A stretch of 64,000 bases of DNA from a virus (taxonomy: Duplodnaviria > Caudoviricetes): the IMG/VR virus record IMGVR_UViG_3300012983_000001, positions 64,001-128,000 of that record. One strand, 5' to 3'. The position numbers and the translations under genes were made by a program. Under the pieces are notes generated by a model. That model saw only the letters and a program-made list of their open reading frames with translations, was not told where the DNA came from and did not search any database. Of the stretch, positions 1 to 9,015 are shown piece by piece. Position 1 is the stretch's first letter; each line of letters starts with the position of its first letter.

Positions 1-151
1 TTTCTTCTGCAACAGATACTGCATACAGTGCAGCCTTATACAGAAGACCTTCCTTGTTGTTGATGATTGCAAACACTAAGCCTGCAACAGCAACAATGAC
101 AATCAAAATTGTGACTGAGTTTTCGAGTAACCAATTCAATACTTCGTTCAT
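1..151 (-). CDS. Holin, LL-H-like (runs off the window edge)
   Basis: Not in the ORF track. RBS AAGGAG then ATG at 151 gives MNEVLNWLLENSVTILIVIVAVAGLVFAIINNKEGLLYKAALYAVSVAEE: an N-terminal TM helix then an AV..AE motif; directly downstream of the endolysin. Confidence 0.7.
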   Translation of the reverse strand, partial: MNEVLNWLLENSVTILIVIVAVAGLVFAIINNKEGLLYKAALYAVSVAEE

Positions 152-171
152 AACTCTGTTCTCCTTTCTTA

Positions 172-1248
172 TTATGAATTAAACATTGCATAGAATGTAG
201 CTGGGCCACATTTACTATCATGTCTAAGACCTCTGGTATCTTGCTGGTATTTCAATACCGTAGCTTTGGTGCCGCTGCCATATGACTTATCTAAATCATT
301 ATTCTTAAGACTATGCTTCATGTCGTATCCCTTACAGTACAGCATTGCTTGACAGATGTATGTAAGCTCTCGTGCTGAGGAAGCTGATTTACAAGCTTTC
401 TTCGTTAACGCACCGAATGAGCCGTCTTCTACCAGGCCTGCCTTATACTTAACATTTAAACAATGCTGTAAAGCTTTACACAAAGCCTTCTTGGTTTCTG
501 GACCGAACTTACCATCTACTGCAATCTTAGTGTTGGCATAACTGTTACACCATTTCTGGATGTTAACAATAACAGCATCTTTTGAAGTAATAGGATAAAC
601 TACATTGCCTTTGCTATCAAAAACATAATATCCTGTCTTACAAGCCTTCTTAGCGTAATCCAGATTCTTGTATGCTCCAATCTGTGACTTAGCGTCCTGC
701 CAGGACTTACGCACACGATACATTTCTGTGCTAGGCTGACTTGGTGTTACTGGCGCAGGCTTGGATGGAGTTACTGGTGCTTTGATATCAGTTTCCAGCC
801 AGGATGGAATACCAAAATACTTCCATCTTGATTTCTTAAAGTTTTGCTTTACGCAATTACTTGTACTGCTGGCCATCTCAATAGTGGTGCCATTACCAAG
901 ATATGCACCTACATGGGTCCAGCCATCATTGAATACGAGACAAGCAGTGTCTTTTGGTAAGTCATCAATATCGCCCTGTATTGGACATGCATTGTAATAT
1001 TGTTTAGCTGTCTTGTCGCCTTTAGACAATGGGAAGATACTACCAGAACAGTCAGCACCTATCTTACCCTTGCCTTCCTTGAGTTTCTTATCGTAATATG
1101 CCTTGTTGTATTTTGTTGAGCCAAATATTCTGTAGAGTCTATCAGTGAGTTCTTTAGTAATAATTTCACAGTTGCCGCCCCATACATAAATGGCTCCATT
1201 CTTGTACAGGTCTTCATAGTGTTTCTTGAATTCTGCTTGTGTTACCAT
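172..1248 (-). CDS. Endolysin: NlpC/P60 peptidase, Pro-rich linker, SPOR-like and peptidoglycan-binding domains
   Basis: YVWGG...GADCSG...THVGAYLGNG (Cys/His dyad); APVTPSKPAPVTPSQP linker; YRVRKSW..SQIGAY module; VDGKFGPETK, EDGSFGALTK and DSKCGPAT PG-binding repeats. Confidence 0.9.
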   Translation of the reverse strand: MVTQAEFKKHYEDLYKNGAIYVWGGNCEIITKELTDRLYRIFGSTKYNKAYYDKKLKEGKGKIGADCSGSIFPLSKGDKTAKQYYNACPIQGDIDDLPKDTACLVFNDGWTHVGAYLGNGTTIEMASSTSNCVKQNFKKSRWKYFGIPSWLETDIKAPVTPSKPAPVTPSQPSTEMYRVRKSWQDAKSQIGAYKNLDYAKKACKTGYYVFDSKGNVVYPITSKDAVIVNIQKWCNSYANTKIAVDGKFGPETKKALCKALQHCLNVKYKAGLVEDGSFGALTKKACKSASSARELTYICQAMLYCKGYDMKHSLKNNDLDKSYGSGTKATVLKYQQDTRGLRHDSKCGPATFYAMFNS

Positions 1249-1253
1249 TCAAA

Positions 1254-2243
1254 TCACTCCTCACTTAATATTTTTAAATCAATAGCTTTTGCTTTGATTT
1301 TATTTATCGCCTTCTTCTTGTGGTCGTTGATAGTTGAGCGATGACATCCATAAATATTACCAATTTCAATATCGGTCTTATGTTTTACGAAACTGAGAAG
1401 TACAATCTCTCTTTCGTATGGAGTAAGAGTTGTGAACAATTCACTACAGGTAACACCATTAGTCCAGTTAAAATTCAAAGAGTCTATATCATAGGAACTA
1501 ATAGGTTCCTGCTCTTTCAAGGTTAATGTATTTGCATTTTTGATATTATCTTGTCTACTAATTGTATCAATAGCTTTTTCGAGTTTAAACGTTGCTTGCT
1601 CATCTTCCACAAACACTTCTGGATAGTTCTCTTCGGTATTCATGTCATCGAACTGGTCACATAAGTGAATGACGGAGCTATGTGTTAATGGGTCTGTGAT
1701 TAAACGATTCAGATATCGGTATGCTTCCCAGTGAAAGCATTTGCTTATGTACATATGGAAGGTTCCGTTTGCTTTGTGATATTTATCACCATCAGTTGTA
1801 ATCTTGTATTTATTAGCCATGTTGAGTAAAGCTAGTACGAGCTCATTATAGATATCTCCATATTCATATTTAGAGAATAACGTTTTAATTTTATAGCATG
1901 TAGATGAGAACAGTTTCTTTTTGTCTGTTTCATCAGTTTTCTTCTCTATGAATAACGACACGAATTTGGATATTGTAGCACTTACTTTACGTCTTTCTAC
2001 TCCCTTGAAATCCTTGAAAACAAAGTACGGCAAGTCTCCCTTAACGATAAAGCGTGCGTACTTTGATATAAACGGATGAAAGATTCGAATGATATAAGTA
2101 ACTGCTTCTTGGTTGCCTTCTTTATACAGAATCAGATTACGTTGTAGTTCCTGATAATCTGATTCTGTAAAATACCCTTCATCTGTTGGGTCATGATTTG
2201 GTCTAAAGGTTTCATCTAATTGATTGACATAAAAGTTATCCAT
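1254..2243 (-). CDS. Phage sigma-70-family sigma factor
   Basis: Region-2-like DIYNELVLALLNMANKY...FHMYISKCFHWEAYRYL and region-4 HTH LTPYEREIVLLSFVKHKTDIEIGNIYGCHRSTINDHKKKAINKIK. Confidence 0.8.
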   Translation of the reverse strand: MDNFYVNQLDETFRPNHDPTDEGYFTESDYQELQRNLILYKEGNQEAVTYIIRIFHPFISKYARFIVKGDLPYFVFKDFKGVERRKVSATISKFVSLFIEKKTDETDKKKLFSSTCYKIKTLFSKYEYGDIYNELVLALLNMANKYKITTDGDKYHKANGTFHMYISKCFHWEAYRYLNRLITDPLTHSSVIHLCDQFDDMNTEENYPEVFVEDEQATFKLEKAIDTISRQDNIKNANTLTLKEQEPISSYDIDSLNFNWTNGVTCSELFTTLTPYEREIVLLSFVKHKTDIEIGNIYGCHRSTINDHKKKAINKIKAKAIDLKILSEE

Positions 2244-2790
2244 CTGTACCCCCGTGACTTAAGGATTTAGAAAAGGCAACACCGATAGATATCGCGTCGT
2301 AGATATCACTCGTTTTATCTTTGTTTTGTTTGTCGCTGTATGGTCCGATAAGTTCAAGCTTTTTATTGTTTGGATACATAGCTTGTATAACCTCAGCAAC
2401 TTGGTCTTTCTTAGCATTTCCCCCGCAGCCTAACTCTTTGCGTATTTGAGAAGGTAGCATGTGATATACAAGATATTTGTTAAAACTGAAGACTCCTATA
2501 ATCGCACCCCTAAGTGTTGCTAATTGAAGAGCGGTTCTGGTATTGGCACCCATGAATCCGTCTTCCAGGACTATGTATTTAATAGGATACTGACTTGCAA
2601 CGTAAAACAACCTCGCTACAATTTCATTGATTCGAAAATCATCTGAATTTTTAGACGAGGTTGTAAACTTGTTGATGTACGCCAATTCTAACGTATGCAA
2701 GTTAATCACAGCGTAACCTGTTGTAGACAATGCAGGGTCAATAGCAAGAACATATTCAGTATCTCTTTGTTCCAGCGTATTGATATACAT
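2236..2790 (-). CDS. ruvC: RuvC-like Holliday junction resolvase
   Basis: LAIDPALSTTGYAVI, IVLEDGF, GNAKKDQV and DIYDAISIG motifs; start placed at ATG 2790 (RBS GAGGTG). Confidence 0.9.
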   Translation of the reverse strand: MYINTLEQRDTEYVLAIDPALSTTGYAVINLHTLELAYINKFTTSSKNSDDFRINEIVARLFYVASQYPIKYIVLEDGFMGANTRTALQLATLRGAIIGVFSFNKYLVYHMLPSQIRKELGCGGNAKKDQVAEVIQAMYPNNKKLELIGPYSDKQNKDKTSDIYDAISIGVAFSKSLSHGGTDG

Positions 2791-2809
2791 TTTAATCACC
2801 TCTACAACA

Positions 2810-2838
2810 ATTATAACATCAATATTCAATTATAGCAA
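2810..2838 (-). promoter_or_regulatory. Sigma-A-type promoter upstream of ruvC-sigma factor-endolysin
   Basis: TTGCTA-17 bp-TATAAT with an extended -10 (TGtTATAAT), in an intergenic gap. Confidence 0.6.
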
Positions 2839-2997
2839 TCAATCTTTTACAGTTAAGTCTGGCTTTTGCCAATCTTTTTTATCGTCAGGCTTTTCACAGT
2901 TATCTTCGATTTCCTGTGCGATATTAGCAGAAACTATAGTCTTATTGTCGTCGGTAATCTCCATGTTGCCACCAGCAATTCCTAACTTCATGCTCAT
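2839..2997 (-). CDS. Small acidic hypothetical protein (52 aa)
   Basis: Not in the ORF track. GGAGGT RBS; MSMKLGIAGGNMEITDDNKTIVSANIAQEIEDNCEKPDDKKDWQKPDLTVKD; fills the gap between its neighbours. Confidence 0.7.
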   Translation of the reverse strand: MSMKLGIAGGNMEITDDNKTIVSANIAQEIEDNCEKPDDKKDWQKPDLTVKD

Positions 2998-2998
2998 G

Positions 2999-3256
2999 TT
3001 ATCTACCTCCTATCTGGTACTGAAGTCTGTACCCCTCCAGTTCCCAAAGTTTATCCTTAATTCTTTGGATACAAATGTTCATTCCTTTGATTTCGTCATA
3101 GTTCATTGGGTCAACGCAAGCACTTGATTCTACCACTACGAATCCGTTTGGTAATTGTACCGCAACGATAGTACACTTACCAAATACGCTCTTAACAGTA
3201 ATCTGTGAACGTGAAATCAAATTATCAATCTCTGCTTGTGTAACTGTGTTCTGCAT
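2999..3256 (-). CDS. N4 Gp49/Sf6 gp66 family protein
   Basis: LPNGFVVVESSACVDPMNYD...G...C...IKDKLWELEGY signature; start at ATG 3256 (RBS AAGGAG). Confidence 0.85.
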   Translation of the reverse strand: MQNTVTQAEIDNLISRSQITVKSVFGKCTIVAVQLPNGFVVVESSACVDPMNYDEIKGMNICIQRIKDKLWELEGYRLQYQIGGR

Positions 3257-3258
3257 AT

Positions 3259-4077
3259 CTATTCTCCTTCCAATGATGATGTACATACATCTCTGTATTC
3301 ACAATGATAGCATTTCTTATCAGGTGATACACATCGAATATTTCCTCTTATGCATCTTGCAACGCTTATCACTGTTTTCTTTAATAGGTCAAAATCTTTT
3401 TGTGTTCGATATGATGATATCATCTTTTTCTTGTAAATGTCAACATATACTAGCTGAACATCATTTGCACTAAACATTTGACTAAATGCTAATGCCGCTG
3501 CGGTCAGTTCTAAATCATGGTTCATTTGTCCAAGAACCTGGAACCGATTGTTCTCTGTTCTGAATTTCATTAACTGTATAACTTTCTTTCCGTTGACTTC
3601 TATTTCTCTAACATATTCCCATACACCTGTAAGAGTGATATTGTTGGCTATCTTAATGGAATATTTTTTATTAACCAAGATAGGAAACTGTGGTGTATTC
3701 ATTAGCTTGTCGAAAGTAATGATTGCATCTATACCAGCTCTACGCTTGGCGTCATAGGTATCTCTCTTTAAAGCAGATGGTGTACAGATAATTTCAGCAT
3801 TGGTTTTCTGTTTAACCCATTCTTTGCCCCACTTATATTTCAAAGTTTTCAGGCTATCTGTTAAAGTATCGTTTTGTAATGCTGTCAGATATGAATAAAA
3901 ACAACGGTGCAAGGCCATGTCATAGGCTTCTTTTAAGTTACGCTCATTGGGATTGTCGTTCTTTAAATCATAGTATTTAGGACACCAGCTAAAGTCTAAA
4001 ACGTCTTTAATGTCAAGAACGATTGCCGCCGCGTGGTCCGCCGAGATACATTGCTGGTCTGCCAACGGAAATACCAT
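3259..4077 (-). CDS. PD-(D/E)XK (Cas4/AddB-like) nuclease-fold protein, catalytic motifs degenerate
   Basis: N-terminal WCPKYY and C-terminal CYHCEYRDVC (1+3 Cys Fe-S pattern); LTGVWEY...LMKFRT where G.xD...DxK is expected; start uncertain (ATG 4077 or TTG 4065). Confidence 0.7.
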   Translation of the reverse strand: MVFPLADQQCISADHAAAIVLDIKDVLDFSWCPKYYDLKNDNPNERNLKEAYDMALHRCFYSYLTALQNDTLTDSLKTLKYKWGKEWVKQKTNAEIICTPSALKRDTYDAKRRAGIDAIITFDKLMNTPQFPILVNKKYSIKIANNITLTGVWEYVREIEVNGKKVIQLMKFRTENNRFQVLGQMNHDLELTAAALAFSQMFSANDVQLVYVDIYKKKMISSYRTQKDFDLLKKTVISVARCIRGNIRCVSPDKKCYHCEYRDVCTSSLEGE

Positions 4078-4360
4078 CCTTACGTTCTGCCATTAAGCCT
4101 GGTGTTTGTCTATCTACTAAATCCCATATTTGTTGTTCACAAGCATAGTGGATATGCCACTTAAACTCATGTTTACGTATCTTAGGGTCTTTATGAAAAT
4201 CCTGTGGATACATTGGTTTGCCGCACTGCTGACATATCATAACTTCGCCTGGCTTTGGTGGTGGCGGGACTAAGTATCCCGCCCCTTTTTGCTTTTCTTC
4301 TGCAACCATGGCATTCGTATTGGCGGCAACGTATTGAGCTAATTCTTCTGAACTAGGCAT
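4013..4360 (-). CDS. Hypothetical protein with a putative Zn site
   Basis: CQQC...HYAC; RBS GGAGGT. Confidence 0.6.
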   Translation of the reverse strand: MPSSEELAQYVAANTNAMVAEEKQKGAGYLVPPPPKPGEVMICQQCGKPMYPQDFHKDPKIRKHEFKWHIHYACEQQIWDLVDRQTPGLMAERKDGISVGRPAMYLGGPRGGNRS

Positions 4361-4751
4361 TGTTGTTTACCTCCTTGTCAATCTCGCGAATCATGTTCAT
4401 GGTTTCTTCTGTTACTGGAATCTCGAAGTTCTTACGTTTAATCATACGCTCTCTGTCCTGATAAGTATGACTACAGATAGGAATCTTACAGGTTTGACAA
4501 GCTACATAAAGATGACTAGCTTTCGCACGGCACTTGTCACAAATAGGGCATGGGTCATAGCGCGGACATGTTTTGAACTTTGTTTCCCCTGCTTCGTAGT
4601 TATCACGATTGCGTCGACCTAACTTAGAATTCTGGTCCAAAGCTCTTCTAAGTTTCTGTTCGTCCATTTTAGGTATTCCAGTCAACGGGTCAACCTGTGA
4701 ATCAGATTTTGCCATATCATAGAGACCCTGGATAAAGTTATTTCCTGCCAT
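4353..4751 (-). CDS. Hypothetical Cys-rich (Zn-finger-like) protein
   Basis: CPRYDPCPICDKC...CQTC...CSH. Confidence 0.65.
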   Translation of the reverse strand: MAGNNFIQGLYDMAKSDSQVDPLTGIPKMDEQKLRRALDQNSKLGRRNRDNYEAGETKFKTCPRYDPCPICDKCRAKASHLYVACQTCKIPICSHTYQDRERMIKRKNFEIPVTEETMNMIREIDKEVNNNA

Positions 4752-4752
4752 A

Positions 4753-5241
4753 CTAGTTCACCTCTTTGTTAATGATTTCGTAGATGTAAATGTTACGATA
4801 CTTACCATGTCTGTCTTTAAAGACATCTGTAAGTTCCATTACTCTACCGTTGTATTTGTGACAGAATCTGTCGTAGCTTCTAATAGCTGGATTGCCTTCT
4901 ACGGCTCTCCATTCAATTCTATGAATCTTGTATTCAGTCAGTAACTTATTGAGTTCTTCAAATAAGCTTCGACCAATAGTTACATTTCCCTTGTCAAAAG
5001 AGAATAGCGTAAAACTATATGCTGATGAGGAATACCAGTCTATTGTATATGATAAGTATCCAATCAGTTGATTGTTACTATCAAGAATGGCATATTGATA
5101 TTCATTGCCATCTGTACTGTCATTGATTTCTGGAGCATTAGACCCAAGGTATCCCTGCTCATACATCATGTCATCAGTATAGAATTGTTGCTGAAATCGC
5201 ATCTCAATTTCTTGCTTATAAAGTATTGCTGGTACTAACAT
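4753..5241 (-). CDS. GNAT-family acetyltransferase (RimJ/L-like)
   Basis: LIGYLSY strand, IHRIEWRAVEGNPAIRSYDRF and C-terminal DRHGKYRNIYIYEI. Confidence 0.7.
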   Translation of the reverse strand: MLVPAILYKQEIEMRFQQQFYTDDMMYEQGYLGSNAPEINDSTDGNEYQYAILDSNNQLIGYLSYTIDWYSSSAYSFTLFSFDKGNVTIGRSLFEELNKLLTEYKIHRIEWRAVEGNPAIRSYDRFCHKYNGRVMELTDVFKDRHGKYRNIYIYEIINKEVN

Positions 5242-5250
5242 AGCTCCTCC

Positions 5251-5724
5251 TTAAGAAATCTTTTCTGCATACTGGTTACTACTTGCTAGTTCAACCTGCA
5301 ATACCTCATCGAAATGAGATTGCTGTCCTGGAATAAATCGCCCGTACTTGATGATTATATTACTAAACTGTTTCAAGGTCTCTATTTTATCTAAGATTTC
5401 GTCTTTGTTATATCCTGTATAGATTACAACATCGTCTTGACAATGTTCTCTTAGACAAGAGATAAGCTCAAGCAAATCATCATATGAATCTAACGGCTCC
5501 AGGCCGCCACAGCAAATAGATTTTGTTATTGGGTTACCAAGATAACGCTTAACAATATTTTCAACGTTTACGCTGATGTCAGGAGCGTATGCGAGCGTGC
5601 CGTTATGACACACTCGCTCTCCACATTCTCGCTCACATTTCCATGAGCAATACGGGAATATAATAAACATTGCGGCGTTCTTATATTGACAAAAGTCTTC
5701 GTCTCTAAGTCCTTTAATTATCAT
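5251..5724 (-). CDS. nrdG: Anaerobic RNR activating enzyme (radical SAM)
   Basis: CSWKC...CHN cluster, GGLEP, IYTGY, KYGRF and LASSNQ motifs; adjacent to nrdD. Confidence 0.9.
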   Translation of the reverse strand: MIIKGLRDEDFCQYKNAAMFIIFPYCSWKCERECGERVCHNGTLAYAPDISVNVENIVKRYLGNPITKSICCGGLEPLDSYDDLLELISCLREHCQDDVVIYTGYNKDEILDKIETLKQFSNIIIKYGRFIPGQQSHFDEVLQVELASSNQYAEKIS

Positions 5725-5727
5725 GTT

Positions 5728-7659
5728 CTACCTCATTATCTGGTCGTTATTAAGAACATTGTACCAACGTCGATGTGTAAACTCATTTTTACGAATCTTC
5801 TGGTAGCTACTTACTGGAGTGTAGAAACCTACTACTCTAGCATATTGGTCCACTTCTGGCTTACCACAAATAGGACATTGTGATACACCGATGAAAGCGT
5901 GCTTATCTTCGCATACAGAAATCTTAGTAGTGAATGCGAAATAGATAACACCCTGCTCAGCGATGTAGTTCAACATATCCCATGCTGCTTCTCTGGTAGT
6001 AAAGCGATTCTCGATATTGATGTGTGCAATACAGCCACCGCCACACTTCGCATCAAATAAGCTACCCAGTCTACATTTCTCCTGAATGGTACATTGTTCC
6101 ATTAACGGAATCCATTGGTTGGAATAAATAAAATACTTGTCTTGTTCATACAGTAAGTTATCTGCCTGACAGATAACACCTGCGCAGTTTTCTGCTGGAA
6201 TCATCTCAAGGTTAAAGGTGAAATCACAATCAAAATTGTCTTTCACGTTATTGATTACATCAAGGATTTCTAATGTAAAGTCCACACCTGCATCAGAGTA
6301 AGACTTATTACCGAATTCATCGGTATTGATGTATCCGAACATATCCATAACTTCGTACATGCCAATACCGCCGATAGTACAGAACTGCTTATCTAACTCT
6401 ACCGCACCATCCTGGTAGTTTGGAAGCAGACCTTTCTCGATATTTCTTTTCAAGATGTGTCTCATGGAATATAAAGCTTTGCAGTCTAATTCTACTCTTT
6501 CTCTTAAGATTTCCAGGTACTTACGTCTGTTCATCTTGGATTCGTAAGCGATTCTTACTAAGTTAATGGTGCTTACTCTACAAGAACCTACAGATAAAGC
6601 AGTACCGCCAATAGAGTTGATGAAAGCATCCAATTTTGTTGTTTCGCTTAACAGACGGCAGCAATTTGACAGCACGCCTACATTGTCACTGATAAAGAAA
6701 TTCGAATCAGACCATTTCATATTATGGTCAGAACACCAGCGAGCAAAGCCTTCATCAATGAAATGCTTGTCTTTGTATAACAGAGAATACGTTAACACTG
6801 GGAATGTAAACATGTTTACTGTTCTGATTTCGCTTACCACTTCCATGAATGTTTTCTGACAATCAATCAGTTCTTCGATGTGGTCAATAGCAAATGTACC
6901 GTCTGGGAATTCCATGCCGCCGAACAATGCTTCCAGATACGGTCTATCAAAGATTGAAATATTAGTAAAAGCACACTGGTCAATTCTTAAGAACGGCTGA
7001 TTCAATCTGTAAATGAACTTCTGGAAGTTCTGTCTTAAGTAATAATCGGGGTCTTTCATTACATGTCCCTGCTCTACGTCCTTGTGCCAAAAGTACCATG
7101 CCCAAATTAACACATTTGGCATACCAACAGCACCAGACTGTCTATTAGACAAGAAGCTTACGAATTCGATAACATCATCGAAATATGTAGTTAAATGCTT
7201 AGGCGGCTCGTTATTGTAGTTATTTAAGAAGAACAAGCCCTCTGTTGCTAATCTTGTAAAGTCATTAGCCCAGCAGTACGGGAAATAACTTGCTGTTGCG
7301 GAATCGTTGAGATAAAAGCCCTTACTAAATTCCTGCTCCAGCCACTGTTTTGCAGTACGCAATCCCCATTTCTTCTTGATTTCTAAGAATATCTTATTCA
7401 GGCCGAACAGCTTATCTTCACTCTTACCCTTTTCGGTCATAAAGCTTCTAATGTCTTTATGCCATGCATTTGCATTCGGGTCGATTGTGGCATCCGCCAT
7501 GGTATCCTGCTGTACGAACTTGTTTAAGAACTCGGAATAATCTAATTGACTTGGATGCAGACCATTGATAAATTCAAAGTCTTCACCGTATTTCTTCTTC
7601 AAATCTTCAAGACAACGCTCAAAGTCTTTTGTTAATCGAATACTGATTTCCATTGACAC
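5728..7659 (-). CDS. nrdD: Class III anaerobic ribonucleoside-triphosphate reductase (no ATP cone)
   Basis: PYC, QSGA, TFPV, SNCCRL finger loop, TINL, PAE, CEDKH..CPICG Zn site and RVVGF glycyl-radical loop; start may be ATG 7653. Confidence 0.95.
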   Translation of the reverse strand: MSMEISIRLTKDFERCLEDLKKKYGEDFEFINGLHPSQLDYSEFLNKFVQQDTMADATIDPNANAWHKDIRSFMTEKGKSEDKLFGLNKIFLEIKKKWGLRTAKQWLEQEFSKGFYLNDSATASYFPYCWANDFTRLATEGLFFLNNYNNEPPKHLTTYFDDVIEFVSFLSNRQSGAVGMPNVLIWAWYFWHKDVEQGHVMKDPDYYLRQNFQKFIYRLNQPFLRIDQCAFTNISIFDRPYLEALFGGMEFPDGTFAIDHIEELIDCQKTFMEVVSEIRTVNMFTFPVLTYSLLYKDKHFIDEGFARWCSDHNMKWSDSNFFISDNVGVLSNCCRLLSETTKLDAFINSIGGTALSVGSCRVSTINLVRIAYESKMNRRKYLEILRERVELDCKALYSMRHILKRNIEKGLLPNYQDGAVELDKQFCTIGGIGMYEVMDMFGYINTDEFGNKSYSDAGVDFTLEILDVINNVKDNFDCDFTFNLEMIPAENCAGVICQADNLLYEQDKYFIYSNQWIPLMEQCTIQEKCRLGSLFDAKCGGGCIAHINIENRFTTREAAWDMLNYIAEQGVIYFAFTTKISVCEDKHAFIGVSQCPICGKPEVDQYARVVGFYTPVSSYQKIRKNEFTHRRWYNVLNNDQIMR

Positions 7660-7665
7660 ATCCTC

Positions 7666-7869
7666 CTACTGTTTGTTAGCCCAATCATTGGCCTCTGTAA
7701 AATTCATAGCCTTACCATCAACTTCTAACATTGGTGCTGCCATGAATCCCTTCTCCATCATCACTTCCATGTCAGTTACTTCTTCGAATTTGATGTCCTT
7801 CTGGGTTAATTTTTTCTTTAAAACCTCACACTTTGGACAATGTGTTGTATACAGTATAACGTTAGCCAT
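7666..7869 (-). CDS. NrdH-like glutaredoxin/redoxin
   Basis: LYTTHCPKC...APMLEVDG thioredoxin-fold motifs; immediately upstream of nrdD. Confidence 0.85.
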   Translation of the reverse strand: MANVILYTTHCPKCEVLKKKLTQKDIKFEEVTDMEVMMEKGFMAAPMLEVDGKAMNFTEANDWANKQ

Positions 7870-7892
7870 ATTAAAATCCTCCTAATTTTGTA

Positions 7893-8216
7893 TTAGCCTC
7901 GTTTTGCGGCCTGTTCGACTGCTTCTCTTTCGATTTCCATTACCGTCAATAAACAGTAGTTAGCTAAGTCAAGCAAGGTATCAGTAATGGCTTCATCGCC
8001 AGTATTAATGTTATTGTTCTTATCTTTGGCGAGTGTTTTGAGTCTGCTGTACTTGTGGGTAATCTGTGTTACTGCGGAGATAATTCCAAGGTCCTTATAT
8101 AACTCATGGAACGAATCTCCATATGCAGTATTCTTCTGTACATAGGTTTCGTGTATTTCATCGCAAAGCTCTTGATGTCTCTTGTAACCTTTCTCTTGAA
8201 TGGTTAACTCACTCAT
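7893..8216 (-). CDS. DUF1599 / nucleotide-modification-associated domain protein (MazG-like all-alpha)
   Basis: KNTAYGDSF...KYSRL...EAITDTLLDLANYCLL signature. Confidence 0.8.
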   Translation of the reverse strand: MSELTIQEKGYKRHQELCDEIHETYVQKNTAYGDSFHELYKDLGIISAVTQITHKYSRLKTLAKDKNNNINTGDEAITDTLLDLANYCLLTVMEIEREAVEQAAKRG

Positions 8217-8231
8217 GGGTCTGTCCTCCTT

Positions 8232-8627
8232 TTAGTATATCCAGTTGATTTTGTCGCCTGTACTTAATCCTGCTTCTCCAAACTTCTTGAGCATTTGTGT
8301 AACTTTGGTATTAACATCAATCTCTATGCTCTTGTTTTCGCATTTCTGCAAGAAGTCTGCTAATGGCCAGCTCACTCCAATAGTGGCTTGTCGTTCAGCA
8401 TTATACAAGTACAAAGTATAACATTGCGCCATCAACTCGGTTTTGATAAAATAAATATCAGGGTCTGCCTGGTTGCATACGATGTCTTCGACAAATTTCT
8501 TGATGTAATTATCAATTTGCGCAAGACCTGCGAACATCTTGGCGTATCGTGGATTGGTCTTTGCAAGAGCCGATAACTGATTTAGATTGATTGTATCAGC
8601 TTTCTTACTGATTCTGCCCATCGTCAT
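8232..8627 (-). CDS. Hypothetical protein
   Basis: ORF with RBS, co-oriented; likely start ATG 8621. Confidence 0.6.
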   Translation of the reverse strand: MTMGRISKKADTINLNQLSALAKTNPRYAKMFAGLAQIDNYIKKFVEDIVCNQADPDIYFIKTELMAQCYTLYLYNAERQATIGVSWPLADFLQKCENKSIEIDVNTKVTQMLKKFGEAGLSTGDKINWIY

Positions 8628-9006
8628 CCTTCCTTTCTAATATCTTCTCAACTGGCAGTTCTTTGTTCATACGATAGATGATTGTACTACGTGGAATACC
8701 AGTTTCCTTTGACCAATCACTGATATTCATTGTCTTGTTGTCATATGTGAGATATACGGCAGTTGCTGTTGAGTTTCTATTCTTCTCTATGGCTTCCGCC
8801 GCTTTCTCTCGTCTATAATGTCCGCAGCTTTTAATGAGTCCATGCGTTACTCCGTACAATGGAACATCAATTTCATTACCGCAACTACATTCACAGTGTA
8901 CCCAAATGCTGGTGTTCCATGATTTGTATTTATCGGTATCTTCTGGCTTATCAATGTATTTCTTAATTGTAAGCTCATTGTATTGCGTTTCTAATATCGG
9001 TTCCAT
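8605..9006 (-). CDS. Homing-endonuclease-derived DNA-binding protein lacking the HNH core
   Basis: WVHCECSCGN...L.KSCGH N-terminal Zn module joined directly to the C-terminal LTYDNKTMNISDWSKETGIPRSTIIYRM HTH. Confidence 0.6.
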   Translation of the reverse strand: MEPILETQYNELTIKKYIDKPEDTDKYKSWNTSIWVHCECSCGNEIDVPLYGVTHGLIKSCGHYRREKAAEAIEKNRNSTATAVYLTYDNKTMNISDWSKETGIPRSTIIYRMNKELPVEKILERKDDDGQNQ

Positions 9007-9015
9007 CTTGTTCTC

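Noticed and set aside
36-221. 61-aa Cys-rich ORF
   Set aside because: The overlapping frame starting at 151 has a strong RBS and a holin-like sequence; the Cys run is a frame artefact of GTTGCT codons
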